IMG/VR virus record: IMGVR_UViG_3300045988_180880 | Coordinates: 64,001-128,000 of that record | Length of the DNA stretch: 64,000 nucleotides | Origin: a virus | Direction: 5' to 3' (one strand) | Shown here: piece by piece, positions 27,038-37,336 of the stretch | Numbering within the stretch: position 1 is the first letter of the stretch | Layout: every line of letters begins with the position of its first letter | The notes under the pieces: model-generated | What the model saw: the letters and a program-made list of their open reading frames with translations, nothing else | Told to the model about the DNA's origin: nothing | Database searches by the model: none | Position numbers and translations under genes: made by a program

Positions 27038-27437
27038 TTAAAATATAAATTAGTATATAATAATAATCTGCTTCTTCACAATCAACTTCTTGAATTCCAA
27101 CTACATCAATATTAGAATAATCTCCCCAGATCTTTACTACTTTTGACAATGACCCTAGAATATGTGCTAAATATTCAGGAGTATCTTGATATTTTCTGGC
27201 TTCGAATAGAATATTATAATAAATCCATTCACCAGCTTCTCGATTTCTTTTCTTTGTTTCTAAAAATCTCAATCCTATTCCTGGAGTTTTATCTATATAA
27301 TCATATTCTAAGATTCGTTGGGTTAATTGATTTTGAATTTCTAATCTAGTATTTCCTTTTAATCCAAGAAGTCGTTTTATATCGTTATTGTATTCCGGAA
27401 CTGCCATAACCTGATCCTCCTCGTTCTGTTTCATCAA
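26994..27437 (-). CDS. Hypothetical protein
   Basis: ORF whose 5' end overlaps the dUTPase 3' end, so its start may be internal. Confidence 0.5.
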   Translation of the reverse strand: MMKQNEEDQVMAVPEYNNDIKRLLGLKGNTRLEIQNQLTQRILEYDYIDKTPGIGLRFLETKKRNREAGEWIYYNILFEARKYQDTPEYLAHILGSLSKVVKIWGDYSNIDVVGIQEVDCEEADYYYILIYILSDGKDKEKLESDGE

Positions 27438-27816
27438 GTTTACTAACTTCCTCTAATTCCATATGAGTTACTTCTGCACAAACCATCTGAGCAATTCTTT
27501 CTCCATGTTCTACAGTTACCTCTACAGGACTAAGATTAACTAAAATTACTCCAATTTCTCCTCTATAGTTTGAATCTATAGTGGCTGGTCCATTTAAAAC
27601 TCCTAATCCTTTTTTTAAGGCTTCTCCAGATCTAGCTCTAACTTGGATTTCAGTTCTAGGGGGAAGTTGAACATATATGCCTGTAGGAACTAATTTTCTT
27701 TCTAACGGTTTTAATGTAAATTCTTCACCGATATTTCTAAGGTCCATTCCAGAATCTCCAGGCTTTGCATAACTTGGAAGTGGAAATTTTGATTTATTAA
27801 TAATTTTTACAACCAT
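27385..27816 (-). CDS. dut: dUTP diphosphatase (trimeric dUTPase)
   Basis: PGDSGMDLR, RSGEALKKG, IDSNYRGEIGVILVN, ERIAQMV, RGGSGYGSSG. Confidence 0.9.
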   Translation of the reverse strand: MVVKIINKSKFPLPSYAKPGDSGMDLRNIGEEFTLKPLERKLVPTGIYVQLPPRTEIQVRARSGEALKKGLGVLNGPATIDSNYRGEIGVILVNLSPVEVTVEHGERIAQMVCAEVTHMELEEVSKLDETERGGSGYGSSGIQ

Positions 27817-28337
27817 GATACTGTATTACTATAAAATGTTTTATTACCTATACCTAAAAAATGTTTTTGTTCACGAGAATCAGTATATACATTTACATCC
27901 CCAATAAAGTCTTTAATAATTGTATAACACCAATCTCCATGTTCTACTAAAAAATCTGGCTTATATTTTAAAACTTCGTCAAGATAAAATACTCCAAAAG
28001 TCCCAGAATCTACACAATATCTTCCAATAGTTTCCCTCTGATTAACTAATTTTTCAAGATTAATCTGATTTTCAATTGAAGGATTATCGTAAAGATTATA
28101 GTAAGCTTCTTCAATATCATCTATGAATTTTTCAAGCTCAAGTAAGCCAAGAATATTTTTTAGTTTTGATACTTTCCATCTTCCATCTCCAACTCCAGTA
28201 TCTTCCCAAATATAATTATCAGAGAATCCTACTTCTTCCGAGATAGTCATATTATTATAATTAAATCCGTTTCCCCAATCCTTATTTTCTGCAATATAGC
28301 AGGGATCTGTGATAATAATCGTTCCGTTAAAATTCAT
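27807..28337 (-). CDS. Hypothetical protein
   Basis: ORF in an operon-like overlap chain. Confidence 0.5.
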   Translation of the reverse strand: MNFNGTIIITDPCYIAENKDWGNGFNYNNMTISEEVGFSDNYIWEDTGVGDGRWKVSKLKNILGLLELEKFIDDIEEAYYNLYDNPSIENQINLEKLVNQRETIGRYCVDSGTFGVFYLDEVLKYKPDFLVEHGDWCYTIIKDFIGDVNVYTDSREQKHFLGIGNKTFYSNTVSWL

Positions 28338-28777
28338 AATTTATACTTTTTTCTTGTTCTAAACTTAAATAACCAAGATGTTCCAGAAATAAACTTTACT
28401 TGTCCAATTACATCAGGTCCTTTATACATTTCATTAATATTAGTTGAATAAACATTAAATCCATAGTTTTCAGGGCCAAGACAAGTTCTAGGTTTTATCA
28501 ATTCTCCAGATGCTATTAAAGATTGAAGAGTTGACATTAGATAATCATAATCTTCTGGTAATAGATAAGTCGGTTTTTCTAAGTCCTCCAGTGCTAAACA
28601 ATAATAAACTGGGAGACCTAGATATACCGTTTTTCCTTTCTGTTCAAATATAAGTAATCTAGTTTCTTTTTCATATCTTACTTTAATTGGAATCGGAAAG
28701 TTTGTTTTTACTGTATTATCAGAAAACTCTACTAAGGAATTATATATTTCTAGAATATCATTTTGTAGAGTAGTCAT
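28334..28777 (-). CDS. Hypothetical protein
   Basis: ORF in an operon-like overlap chain. Confidence 0.5.
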   Translation of the reverse strand: MTTLQNDILEIYNSLVEFSDNTVKTNFPIPIKVRYEKETRLLIFEQKGKTVYLGLPVYYCLALEDLEKPTYLLPEDYDYLMSTLQSLIASGELIKPRTCLGPENYGFNVYSTNINEMYKGPDVIGQVKFISGTSWLFKFRTRKKYKL

Positions 28778-28782
28778 TGTAA

Positions 28783-29406
28783 TTAATCTTCAGAAGTTGC
28801 ACAAAATACTTTAATACCCATCTGATCTAAAAGATTATAGATCTGAGTAGTAATAGCTGGTGATACAGATCCAGTAGTATTCTTAATTTTATCCATATTA
28901 TTTAACAATAATGTAAATGGATTTTTAACACCACTTAATTTATTAGGATCAAACAAACCAGACTGTTCTACAATCTGCCTAAGGATAGCTGGAATTTCAA
29001 GACCTTCACCAGGAATAATTTTAGTTGCAGTTGGGTAATCATATTGCATAAAGTTGTAATCGATTACATTCCACTCTACTACATCACCTGTCGGGATACC
29101 GGTTGCATTTTCTTCATCATCAGCTACATTTTGAATCTGAACAAGATAACCAACTTGAGCTAACCAATAATTAATGCAAGAAAAATCCTTAGTACTCATT
29201 GTAGTTTCTGAATTAATAAAGCTTACTAATTCAGCGTTACCAATACTATTTTCGAAATTTGCTAAATTATTCTTTAAAAAACCCTTAACAAATTCCATAA
29301 CACTTACGCCCATACCTTCTTTATCAAAACGGCTACGAGCAACACAACGGCCTACCATAGAATTCATTTCTTGGGCCGGAATAGAATACAAATTTACTTC
29401 AATCAT
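28783..29406 (-). CDS. Hypothetical protein
   Basis: 207-aa ORF with no motif recognised. Confidence 0.5.
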   Translation of the reverse strand: MIEVNLYSIPAQEMNSMVGRCVARSRFDKEGMGVSVMEFVKGFLKNNLANFENSIGNAELVSFINSETTMSTKDFSCINYWLAQVGYLVQIQNVADDEENATGIPTGDVVEWNVIDYNFMQYDYPTATKIIPGEGLEIPAILRQIVEQSGLFDPNKLSGVKNPFTLLLNNMDKIKNTTGSVSPAITTQIYNLLDQMGIKVFCATSED

Positions 29407-29418
29407 TTTAATGTTATT

Positions 29419-29820
29419 TTATATAATATTTAATTCGGGGCTATCAACTAATAAGAAAATAGCCCATAAACGCTCTTCAATCAGACCTGACTCAAACAAT
29501 TCTTTTTCAGATGTAGTAAAATCTCCAACAGTTAAGATAGCTTTATATATTTCTATAAAATCTATCTCCTTACCATTTTTCCAAGATATATACTGATCAA
29601 CTAACCAAGATTCGAAGGGTGCATTATTCATTTGCTGATAATCAAGAATAATAAATTCATTAATTCCAAATGCATCCTTAAGGAGTTGAAAAATATCTGA
29701 AATTCTTGCTCGGTAGGAATATTTAGATACTAAGATTTTATATACTGCTTTCACTGTATCAGTATAATCTGTATCATTTCTTGTTTTTATATAATTTTTT
29801 CTTTGCTCTAAATCAAACAT
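29419..29820 (-). CDS. Hypothetical protein
   Basis: ORF. Confidence 0.5.
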   Translation of the reverse strand: MFDLEQRKNYIKTRNDTDYTDTVKAVYKILVSKYSYRARISDIFQLLKDAFGINEFIILDYQQMNNAPFESWLVDQYISWKNGKEIDFIEIYKAILTVGDFTTSEKELFESGLIEERLWAIFLLVDSPELNII

Positions 29821-30310
29821 TTTCTATCTCTACTTCTAATGGAAATAATCTCTTAATTTCAAACAGTTTTAAATATTTATCATTATATTGATCCATAAAA
29901 TCTTTCACTTCTTTATAATGATCAAATACCCAATTTCCATTAAGACTATTTAATACCTTTGATTTATCTTCAAGTTGAAATAGGTAAGTTTCAATAGTAA
30001 TATCATTTCCTGAACCGTGATAGGATTTAGGAGTACTACTTATCCTTTCAATATCAAATATATCTCCCCAAATTGGATCTCTCCAATCTATATCGAGTAC
30101 GTAAAATATTAATTCTCGAAGAAAAGATAATTCGAATAATTTATTAAATGAGTTTCCTGATCCTTTCCATTCATACTTAAAAGAGTTAACTTTATCTTCC
30201 AAGCCCCAAGATTTTATTAAGTCTAAGAGTTCAAGATAAAGTCTATTCCATTCTTCTTTTGGTTTTTCTACAATTATTGCTTCTTGTTTAAATTCCAATA
30301 GACTTTTCAT
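29813..30310 (-). CDS. Hypothetical protein
   Basis: ORF. Confidence 0.5.
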   Translation of the reverse strand: MKSLLEFKQEAIIVEKPKEEWNRLYLELLDLIKSWGLEDKVNSFKYEWKGSGNSFNKLFELSFLRELIFYVLDIDWRDPIWGDIFDIERISSTPKSYHGSGNDITIETYLFQLEDKSKVLNSLNGNWVFDHYKEVKDFMDQYNDKYLKLFEIKRLFPLEVEIENV

Positions 30311-31811
30311 AATAACTTCTTAAGATTGTATAACTTGCTTTCCAAACTAAATCTAAATTTCTCACTTGTAAATCTGTTTTAAGGTAAGATCTTAATTGAT
30401 TATAGTAACTATTAGGATCATTTCTTTCAACACTTCCCAACAATTGATCTATATTAATCCCAGTACTTTCCCACTTAAATCGATCTATAACAAGTAATTT
30501 ATTAAGATCTAGTTGTTGTTTAATATTACTAAGAGATCCTATATAATTATTCATTCGATCTAGTCTTTCAGTACACATAGGATTTCCACATTTCAAAAGA
30601 CTTCCATAAACATCTTTTTCTGACAAATTATAACCACAGCTACAAGTTGGCCACATAAAATCTCCATTACCTTCAGTAAAAGAATCCCCTACCATTGGAA
30701 TAGTTGAATTAGCCATAATAATACTTACTATTGCTCCAGGGGTAATTTTCTTTTTTACCATTTTTCCCACACTTCCAGCACTTGGTTTTCTTACTGTACA
30801 TCCTTTTACTTGAATTGGATCGATTAGAATATTAGCTGACCAAGAATCTTTTCCTTTAGCTACTTGAGAATTCCATTGTATACCTCTTACTGTAGTTTTT
30901 AAAGCTTCAGTTCCTGATCCAGCACCAGCAAATTTTAAGGCGCCGAGACATATTCCAAATTCATCATATACTACCCAACCATCATTTAAGAAGTAACCAG
31001 TTGAAGTAACTGTTTTATCTGTTTCTGTATATTCTTTATTTCCGGCGCTCATAAGTTCTTCTATAGTCCATACATCGGCAGGGGAAAATAAGATATGTCC
31101 ATCAGTTTTTGAACATACAGTTTCAAACATTTTTAAAACTTCACGATAGTCTGTTTTTCTTAGTATTTGTCCTTCTATTGAATCATCAGTATAATATCTA
31201 TAAGCTCTAAGAGTTAATAAATTATTTACCTCAGATTCACAATACTTAGAATTTATTAGTCCATTGGCTCTTTGTCTAGCAGTTTCAGGATCAGTATCAG
31301 AAAGTCGATTAATGTCAACTAATGCCTCTGCCTGAATTGCTACTATACCTTTCGGAAATCTTTTTGGAAGGAAGTTTATTAATTTCCAAGTTTGATCTAC
31401 CCCATAGTTATCCAAATTTAAATTTCCGACTGTAACTATTCTTTTTGGAATACCAGTTGAAGAATCTAAATAAATTGCTATACTAGATCCATCATACTTT
31501 AGATCACAGTATTTTCCAGAGTTTTCATTCATAAACTCTGAAAGAGCACTTAACATAGTTTTTTCTTCAACTTTTTTCTTTTTAATTTTTTCTATATAAG
31601 AATTTTTTGTCTTAGTTCCTTTTAAGTATGTTTGATAAACATAATCTCTGACAAAAAATCCATCTTCTTGCGCTGCTCTAGCTTCTAACATATCATATAC
31701 AGCATCATCCATTCCGGTAGGTACTGAATCAATATAATAGTTTTTACATGCAAGAATAAGGTCTTTCCATTTTTCTAATGATTTTTCTGTAATATTATTT
31801 GTAACGCACAT
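30288..31811 (-). CDS. ligA: NAD-dependent DNA ligase-like protein
   Basis: N-terminal YYIDSVPTGMDDAVYDML (LigA Ia-like). Adenylation motif CDLKYDGSS (KxDG). Cys4 cluster CSCG..CGNPMC. Confidence 0.7.
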   Translation of the reverse strand: MCVTNNITEKSLEKWKDLILACKNYYIDSVPTGMDDAVYDMLEARAAQEDGFFVRDYVYQTYLKGTKTKNSYIEKIKKKKVEEKTMLSALSEFMNENSGKYCDLKYDGSSIAIYLDSSTGIPKRIVTVGNLNLDNYGVDQTWKLINFLPKRFPKGIVAIQAEALVDINRLSDTDPETARQRANGLINSKYCESEVNNLLTLRAYRYYTDDSIEGQILRKTDYREVLKMFETVCSKTDGHILFSPADVWTIEELMSAGNKEYTETDKTVTSTGYFLNDGWVVYDEFGICLGALKFAGAGSGTEALKTTVRGIQWNSQVAKGKDSWSANILIDPIQVKGCTVRKPSAGSVGKMVKKKITPGAIVSIIMANSTIPMVGDSFTEGNGDFMWPTCSCGYNLSEKDVYGSLLKCGNPMCTERLDRMNNYIGSLSNIKQQLDLNKLLVIDRFKWESTGINIDQLLGSVERNDPNSYYNQLRSYLKTDLQVRNLDLVWKASYTILRSYYEKSIGI

Positions 31812-31815
31812 AAGT

Positions 31816-32193
31816 TTATTTATTTTTTAATAGCCATCCAATCATTATATCTTGGACTTCTGAGTCAAACATTTCTTTAATATTACTAAAGTCATCTTCT
31901 GGTATAAAAGATGAATTAGGTTTTATTGCAACTTCATATTCAACTTCTCGACGATCAGAATATCTAGTAATTATCTTATATCCAAGTTTTACTAAAAATT
32001 CTTTCATTTTATCATAATCCCAGTGTATTCCGAAAGGTTTAGACATCATCATATTACTAATAACTAAATCAGTAAGAGGACAATCTGGTAAATCTTCCGG
32101 TTCAAAATCGAAATCATCTTCTTGTTCGTCAAAATTAATATTTCCTTCCTCCCCATCATAGAGAGGAAAGTCATTATCATCTTCTTTTTTCAT
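31816..32193 (-). CDS. Hypothetical protein with strongly acidic N-terminal half
   Basis: DDNDFPLYDGEEGNINFDEQEDDFDFEPEDLPD. Confidence 0.5.
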   Translation of the reverse strand: MKKEDDNDFPLYDGEEGNINFDEQEDDFDFEPEDLPDCPLTDLVISNMMMSKPFGIHWDYDKMKEFLVKLGYKIITRYSDRREVEYEVAIKPNSSFIPEDDFSNIKEMFDSEVQDIMIGWLLKNK

Positions 32194-32205
32194 AATTTTT
32201 TTATT

Positions 32206-32790
32206 TTATTTAACCTCATTAATTAGAAAATCAAGCTTTCTCGGCTGCGTATTAAGCATATAATTTATAATATAACTCACTCCAAAACGATCGATCATAT
32301 CATCTTTTGTTTTTGATAATATATTTTCTATAAAATCAGGAAAACTTATAGAAATTTTATCGGTTAATTCATAAGCTCCTTGAATTGTTCTATAGTAATA
32401 TATCTCAGATTCAGAAGAAATTCCATTAAAGTTGTATAAATCACTTTTTAAAAATTTATTAACAAATTCCACTCCAATTCTTTTATAATTATCTCCATGA
32501 GTAATTGTATAAAATAATTTCTCTCTTTTAGCTTCAAACCTATAACCTCTTAGGGAATCTTGAGAATTAATTAATTTTAGAATTTTCTCAAAATTTGGAA
32601 GTTTTGAAGTATTTGATCTATATTTTTCTCGATAAAGATATGCTAATCTAGATATATAACCTTGATATCTACCATCTGCTAAAGACATATATAACCATTC
32701 GTCACTAAATCCAATTGAAACTGAATGGGTATCACTAATTATTATCTTTGTCATAAAATAATGAAACCCCACCCTGGAAATGAAAATCAA
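32206..32790 (-). CDS. Hypothetical protein
   Basis: ORF. Confidence 0.5.
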   Translation of the reverse strand: MIFISRVGFHYFMTKIIISDTHSVSIGFSDEWLYMSLADGRYQGYISRLAYLYREKYRSNTSKLPNFEKILKLINSQDSLRGYRFEAKREKLFYTITHGDNYKRIGVEFVNKFLKSDLYNFNGISSESEIYYYRTIQGAYELTDKISISFPDFIENILSKTKDDMIDRFGVSYIINYMLNTQPRKLDFLINEVK

Positions 32791-32821
32791 AACCAGGATG
32801 AGGTGTAGTATATTATGTTTA

Positions 32822-34441
32822 TTAACCTTCTACTTTAGTTTCGGAAATATTATCATCAATGATTGTACAATCAATTAAGAGAATCATTGACGCTGCTGAA
32901 ATAGAATTTTCAAGAGCTACTCGAAGAGATTTAGAACTATCTAAGATCCCCTCCTCAAGTAAATTACCATACTTTCGAGTCTTAGCATTATATCCAATTC
33001 CTGGTTTAGATGATTTAACCTTTTCTAGAACTACTTCTCCAGAAACTCCTGAATTGTCTGCAATTGTTTTAAGAATTACTGGAAGACTTGAGAATACAAT
33101 TTCTGCACCCTCTACTTCATCTCCAACTAAAGATTTCCAGAATGTCTTATCTTTCTTCACTTCTAATGATCCTTTGTAATAGATATAACCACTTCCTAAA
33201 GAACATCCTTCAGCAATAGCACTTTTAGATGCTAGAATAGAATCTTCAATAGTTTGTTTAAGGTTCTGTTTTTCAGTTTCAGAAGCTCCTCCAGCTCTCA
33301 CTACTGCAATACCTCCACTAAGATTTGCTACTCGTTTCGCAAATTTAGTTTTATCATAATCTGATATTCCAGGATCTGTAAGTTTGGTGCTAAGAATTTC
33401 TACCCTTTCAGCAATCTCTTTAGAATCACCACCACCTTCATAGATAATACATGAATCTCTAGAAATTACAACTTTCTTAGCTACTCCAAGATCCTCTTTT
33501 GTTGCTTGTGTGACTGATAATCCGTTCTCAGGAGAAATATATTTACCGCCAGTTAAAATTGAAATATCTGCCATAATATTTTTCCTTGAATCTCCGAAAT
33601 CAATACCTTTTACAACACAACATCTAATTGCACCTTGAAGAGTATTCATAACAAGAGTTGTATTTACTACTTCATCAATATCATCTACTATAAATAAGAA
33701 TGGGCGTCCAGTAGGTACAAGCTGTTCCATTAACGGAAGAATTTGCTGTACACTAGATAATCTTTCTCCTACTACAATTACATAAGGATCTTCCATTACA
33801 CAAGTTCCATCAGTAGGATTTGTAACATACTGTGGAGAAGCCCAACCACGATCGAGTTTCATTCCAGTAGTTACATCAATAGTAGTTTCAAGACCACTAG
33901 AAAAATCAGCTGTAATAATACCAAGCATTCCAACTTTCTCCATACATTCAACTACCAGATTTCCAATGGCCGGATCATTATTGGCTGAAATAGTTGCCAC
34001 TTTTCTGATCTTTTCCATATCATCATTTACTGGAATTGAATTATTTTTGATATACTCAGCCATCCATTTTCCGGCCTTAAGCATACCAGATTTCACCTCA
34101 TTTACATTAGCTCCAGTTCGTAATGCTTTTTGTCCTTTTTCACACATTTCTTTGATTAATAGTGAAGTTGAACTTGTACCGTCACCTGCTAATCTTTCTG
34201 TTTGAGCGGCAGCATTTTTTACAAAGATAGCTCCTGTATTCTGAAGTTGATTCTTAAATGAAATCGACTTAGCAACAGTAGCTCCATCTCTTGACACCTC
34301 TGGACCTGTAAATCCTGAAATACATACGGCTTTACCTGACGGGCCGAGTGTTTTCTTAATTGCCTCTACTGATTTTTTTACACCTTCAATAATTTCGGCC
34401 TGAGTTTCAAAGCCGTGATTAATAATTTTTCCTTCTGACAT
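32822..34441 (-). CDS. groEL: Chaperonin GroEL (Cpn60) homologue
   Basis: TLGPSGK, DGATVAKSI, AGDGTSST, VVRAGGASE. About 539 aa. Confidence 0.9.
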   Translation of the reverse strand: MSEGKIINHGFETQAEIIEGVKKSVEAIKKTLGPSGKAVCISGFTGPEVSRDGATVAKSISFKNQLQNTGAIFVKNAAAQTERLAGDGTSSTSLLIKEMCEKGQKALRTGANVNEVKSGMLKAGKWMAEYIKNNSIPVNDDMEKIRKVATISANNDPAIGNLVVECMEKVGMLGIITADFSSGLETTIDVTTGMKLDRGWASPQYVTNPTDGTCVMEDPYVIVVGERLSSVQQILPLMEQLVPTGRPFLFIVDDIDEVVNTTLVMNTLQGAIRCCVVKGIDFGDSRKNIMADISILTGGKYISPENGLSVTQATKEDLGVAKKVVISRDSCIIYEGGGDSKEIAERVEILSTKLTDPGISDYDKTKFAKRVANLSGGIAVVRAGGASETEKQNLKQTIEDSILASKSAIAEGCSLGSGYIYYKGSLEVKKDKTFWKSLVGDEVEGAEIVFSSLPVILKTIADNSGVSGEVVLEKVKSSKPGIGYNAKTRKYGNLLEEGILDSSKSLRVALENSISAASMILLIDCTIIDDNISETKVEG

Positions 34442-34453
34442 GTTTCGTTTTAA

Positions 34454-34708
34454 TTAAAGTACTACAATAATTTCATTTAAAGTTATAACACGATATTCTG
34501 TTCCATCTTGAGTAAATGATTTTCCTGTGTTTGGATAAATCAAGATAGTATCACCAGGTTTTAATACTCCCTCGCTAACTTCTTCACCTACTCCAATAAC
34601 CTCAGCTTTTTCACATTCACTCGCAGGAACAACAAAATTTCCTATCTTTTGAGTCATAGTATCTTTTTTATCTACTATGACTAATACTTTAGATTGAATT
34701 ACTTTCAT
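34454..34708 (-). CDS. groES: Co-chaperonin GroES-like
   Basis: 84 aa, directly upstream of groEL. Has the VLVxxD..G..VP and GD.I.Y pattern. Confidence 0.7.
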   Translation of the reverse strand: MKVIQSKVLVIVDKKDTMTQKIGNFVVPASECEKAEVIGVGEEVSEGVLKPGDTILIYPNTGKSFTQDGTEYRVITLNEIIVVL

Positions 34709-34737
34709 TTTTATTAATTTTATTTTAAATTTTTACT

Positions 34738-34775
34738 CATATATAAGAAAATCACCCTTAGAAATCACCCTTTTT
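34738..34775 (-). promoter_or_regulatory. Promoter-like motif with adjacent tandem direct repeat upstream of groES
   Basis: The - strand reads AAGGGTGATTT-CT-AAGGGTGATTT-TCTTATATATGAG, about 30 nt before the ATG. Confidence 0.45.
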
Positions 34776-34785
34776 ATTGATTTGG

Positions 34786-34833
34786 AGAAGAAAAAAGAGC
34801 CCAACCCACTATAATCACTACAGGAGGTTGGGA
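34786..34833 (-). terminator. Rho-independent terminator
   Basis: On the - strand: CCCAACC..GGTTGGG followed by CTCTTTTTTC. Confidence 0.6.
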
Positions 34834-34902
34834 TTAATTTTATTATGAATTTATTAAATTTATTGCCTATTAACCAATTGGAGTTAATAGAAGAAATGAA
34901 AT

Positions 34903-36384
34903 TTATTTTTGCTCTTGTTGTTTGTAATATTCTTCAAGTTTATCAGGATATTTTTCTTTAAAGTCTGAAAATTTAAACCAATATGAATTATTATATAAGG
35001 ATTCAGTATTTAATTTTTTATCTTTATTTAAGATTCTCCATACATTCTGGTGAAATAACCCATCTTCTCTAACATTTCCAATACTTTTATATATTTTTAT
35101 AATCTCATGATTCCGATTAGTTCTTATTATTTCATTTCTAAATAACTTAACAACTAACTTTGGTAAATTATTTGTTTCTTTATTAAGATAGTATTCATCT
35201 AATTTATCTGGATATTCCCATTCATCTAGGCTAGTCCAATAATAATCAAAGTATTTACCTATAGCAGAATAAGATGTCCTTGTTTTATTACGATTTACTG
35301 CAGCAGATACTGAAGATTCAGAAAATCCATCTTTTATAACATCTTTTACTGAATCATAGATTTTATATATTAAATAGTCTTTATCATGACAAATAATCTT
35401 TTTACTTCTCTTAGTTTCTCTAGGAATATATTTTATTATATTAGAAATTGCTCCTTTTTCATAAAATTTTTGAATACTATTCGAATATAAATTAATAGCA
35501 TCGTTGTAATACATCCAGTAATATTCTCCATATAATGTTTTATTCTCTATACTCCTTCTAAGATACTCTGGATTAAATCCATCTATTTTAATAGAGGATA
35601 TTGTATTATATATTTTACAAACATTGAAGTTTTTATCAAAACATACTATCTTTGTTCCGGAATCATTATATTCTAATACAGTATTTCTTTCTAAAGGTGT
35701 TAAATTTAATTTTGGTAGATCTTTTAATGAATAAAATTCATTTAATTTTTCTGGATAATTAATTTTAAAATCTTCTAATAAAGAAAATTTATATCCTCTA
35801 GAAGTATTGTAATCTCCTTTTACAGTACTACTAACAGAAGTGTGATTAAAACCATCCATTTCAGTTTCTGAAATACTACTATATACTCTATAAACTTTAT
35901 TATTTAAATCATGACAAACAACAGGATATGAGATAGAACGTATATATTTTTCTCTTAACTCAGCAGAAAGGGTAATATTATATTTCTCTATTACTAATTT
36001 TCGCTCGGATGTATATACTGAATTTACATTAATCATACAAAATAGAGCAGATAATATTTTATTATTATCTGATTGAATTCTATATAATAAAACGTGTGCT
36101 ATTATATGTTCTAAAGCAGAAAGAAGTACGTAATTATAGTTCTCATCTTCACCTGACATACACCTAGGTAAAATATGATGTTTCTCTGTATAAAATTCGA
36201 TTTTTCCTCGTTTTAATCCTCTCTGAAGGGCTTGATCTATTAATTTACAGTAATCTTCTAGATATTCCTCTTCAGTTCTCCCATCTAGAATCATCTCATT
36301 AAAATCTTTTTCATCTAGGTAACTACTATACTTCATCCCTGGATTTTCGATAGATTTTATACCTTCTATTGGTTTAGATTTCAT
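34903..36384 (-). CDS. Free-standing HNH homing endonuclease with four C-terminal repeats
   Basis: TEKHHILPRCMSGEDENYN..H. Four ~60-aa repeats (I.CHD.....YKIY.S....DGF). Confidence 0.75.
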   Translation of the reverse strand: MKSKPIEGIKSIENPGMKYSSYLDEKDFNEMILDGRTEEEYLEDYCKLIDQALQRGLKRGKIEFYTEKHHILPRCMSGEDENYNYVLLSALEHIIAHVLLYRIQSDNNKILSALFCMINVNSVYTSERKLVIEKYNITLSAELREKYIRSISYPVVCHDLNNKVYRVYSSISETEMDGFNHTSVSSTVKGDYNTSRGYKFSLLEDFKINYPEKLNEFYSLKDLPKLNLTPLERNTVLEYNDSGTKIVCFDKNFNVCKIYNTISSIKIDGFNPEYLRRSIENKTLYGEYYWMYYNDAINLYSNSIQKFYEKGAISNIIKYIPRETKRSKKIICHDKDYLIYKIYDSVKDVIKDGFSESSVSAAVNRNKTRTSYSAIGKYFDYYWTSLDEWEYPDKLDEYYLNKETNNLPKLVVKLFRNEIIRTNRNHEIIKIYKSIGNVREDGLFHQNVWRILNKDKKLNTESLYNNSYWFKFSDFKEKYPDKLEEYYKQQEQK

Positions 36385-36506
36385 AATTAAAAAATATTTA
36401 AAATAATTATAAACCTCATAAGAATTTTACTAAAGGGAAATTTCAGGTCAATAAAGTTTGCAACCTTTACTAATCTTACTTTTTCCCTATTCTTATGAAA
36501 TCTAAA

Positions 36507-36580
36507 TAAAAAGAACACTAGATTAATTTATAATTTTATTTATAAATTTTTCTAATGTTCTTCATATATTAGGTTTTAAT
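36507..36580 (-). repeat. Promoter-like motif plus conserved hairpin element, copy 2
   Basis: Near-identical to 25497-25575: AACCTAATATATGAAGAACATTAGAAAAATTTATAAA..CTAGTGTTCTTTTT. Confidence 0.55.
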
Positions 36581-36605
36581 CTTCCTTAAAACGCAAAAAT
36601 TCACT

Positions 36606-37163
36606 TTAAGGTCTATTAAATGGAGTTGGTCCAGAAACAGTCTGTCGTATATTAATATTGTTTCCTTGTTGTAGCCCACTTCCATGTTTGTATATACTCT
36701 GTTGAGCTTGATTATATTGAATATTATAGTTATTAATCATTAAATCTATATCTGCCTCAGAAAAACATCTTTTCTCTTGAATCATTCTTATATCGTCATA
36801 TACTTTCTTTGGTAAACTTCTAAATCTACCATTCTGAAGTCTTATATTATAATCAATTATATTTGTTTCTCCACGTCGATTTTTCGTAATTGTTGATATT
36901 CCTAGGTTGTTAGGGTTGGGTTTCTCACCACCCTTAGAGCGTGTTATAATAAAATCTACCACATCAACCTTATGGCTAGACCCAGCTATATAAGACATAT
37001 CTAATACTTCTTGACTATATGCTCCAATTTTTAACTGAGACAATATAAATACTAACTTTCCCATTGCAGTTAACTCTGTAAGCTTATCATAAATATCTCC
37101 GAAAGATTTATACATAGATCCATCCTCTCCACCGTGAGCGTTTTTAAATCCCGCATCATACAT
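36606..37163 (-). CDS. DnaB-like replicative helicase, exon 3
   Basis: YDAGFKNAHGGEDGS..KLVFILSQL. The junction LFID-YDAG resembles DnaB MIDYLQLM. Confidence 0.7.
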   Translation of the reverse strand: MYDAGFKNAHGGEDGSMYKSFGDIYDKLTELTAMGKLVFILSQLKIGAYSQEVLDMSYIAGSSHKVDVVDFIITRSKGGEKPNPNNLGISTITKNRRGETNIIDYNIRLQNGRFRSLPKKVYDDIRMIQEKRCFSEADIDLMINNYNIQYNQAQQSIYKHGSGLQQGNNINIRQTVSGPTPFNRP

Positions 37164-37336
37164 TACTAAATTTAATATGGTATTAAATTATTAGACTATA
37201 TCATCTATTTTTCATAGTTATACATTTAGTCGTTGAACAAGTAACTAATATTCCTTGATGCTGATTTATGTCTTACATTTTCCAGCATTTTAGTATAATT
37301 TTCTTAAATTTTATTATTTAAGCGACTAAGCAATTA
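37164..37336 (-). mobile_element. Group I intron, type A, ORF-less
   Basis: The - strand reads AAATGCTGGAAAA / AAATCAGCATC / GTTCAACGACTAA / GATATAGTCTAA. P1 CGAT/GTCG. Coordinates may be off by 1-2 nt. Confidence 0.7.

Noticed and set aside
32859-34205. + strand ORFs 32859-33179 and 33966-34205.
   Set aside because: They lie entirely antisense to the well-supported GroEL gene.
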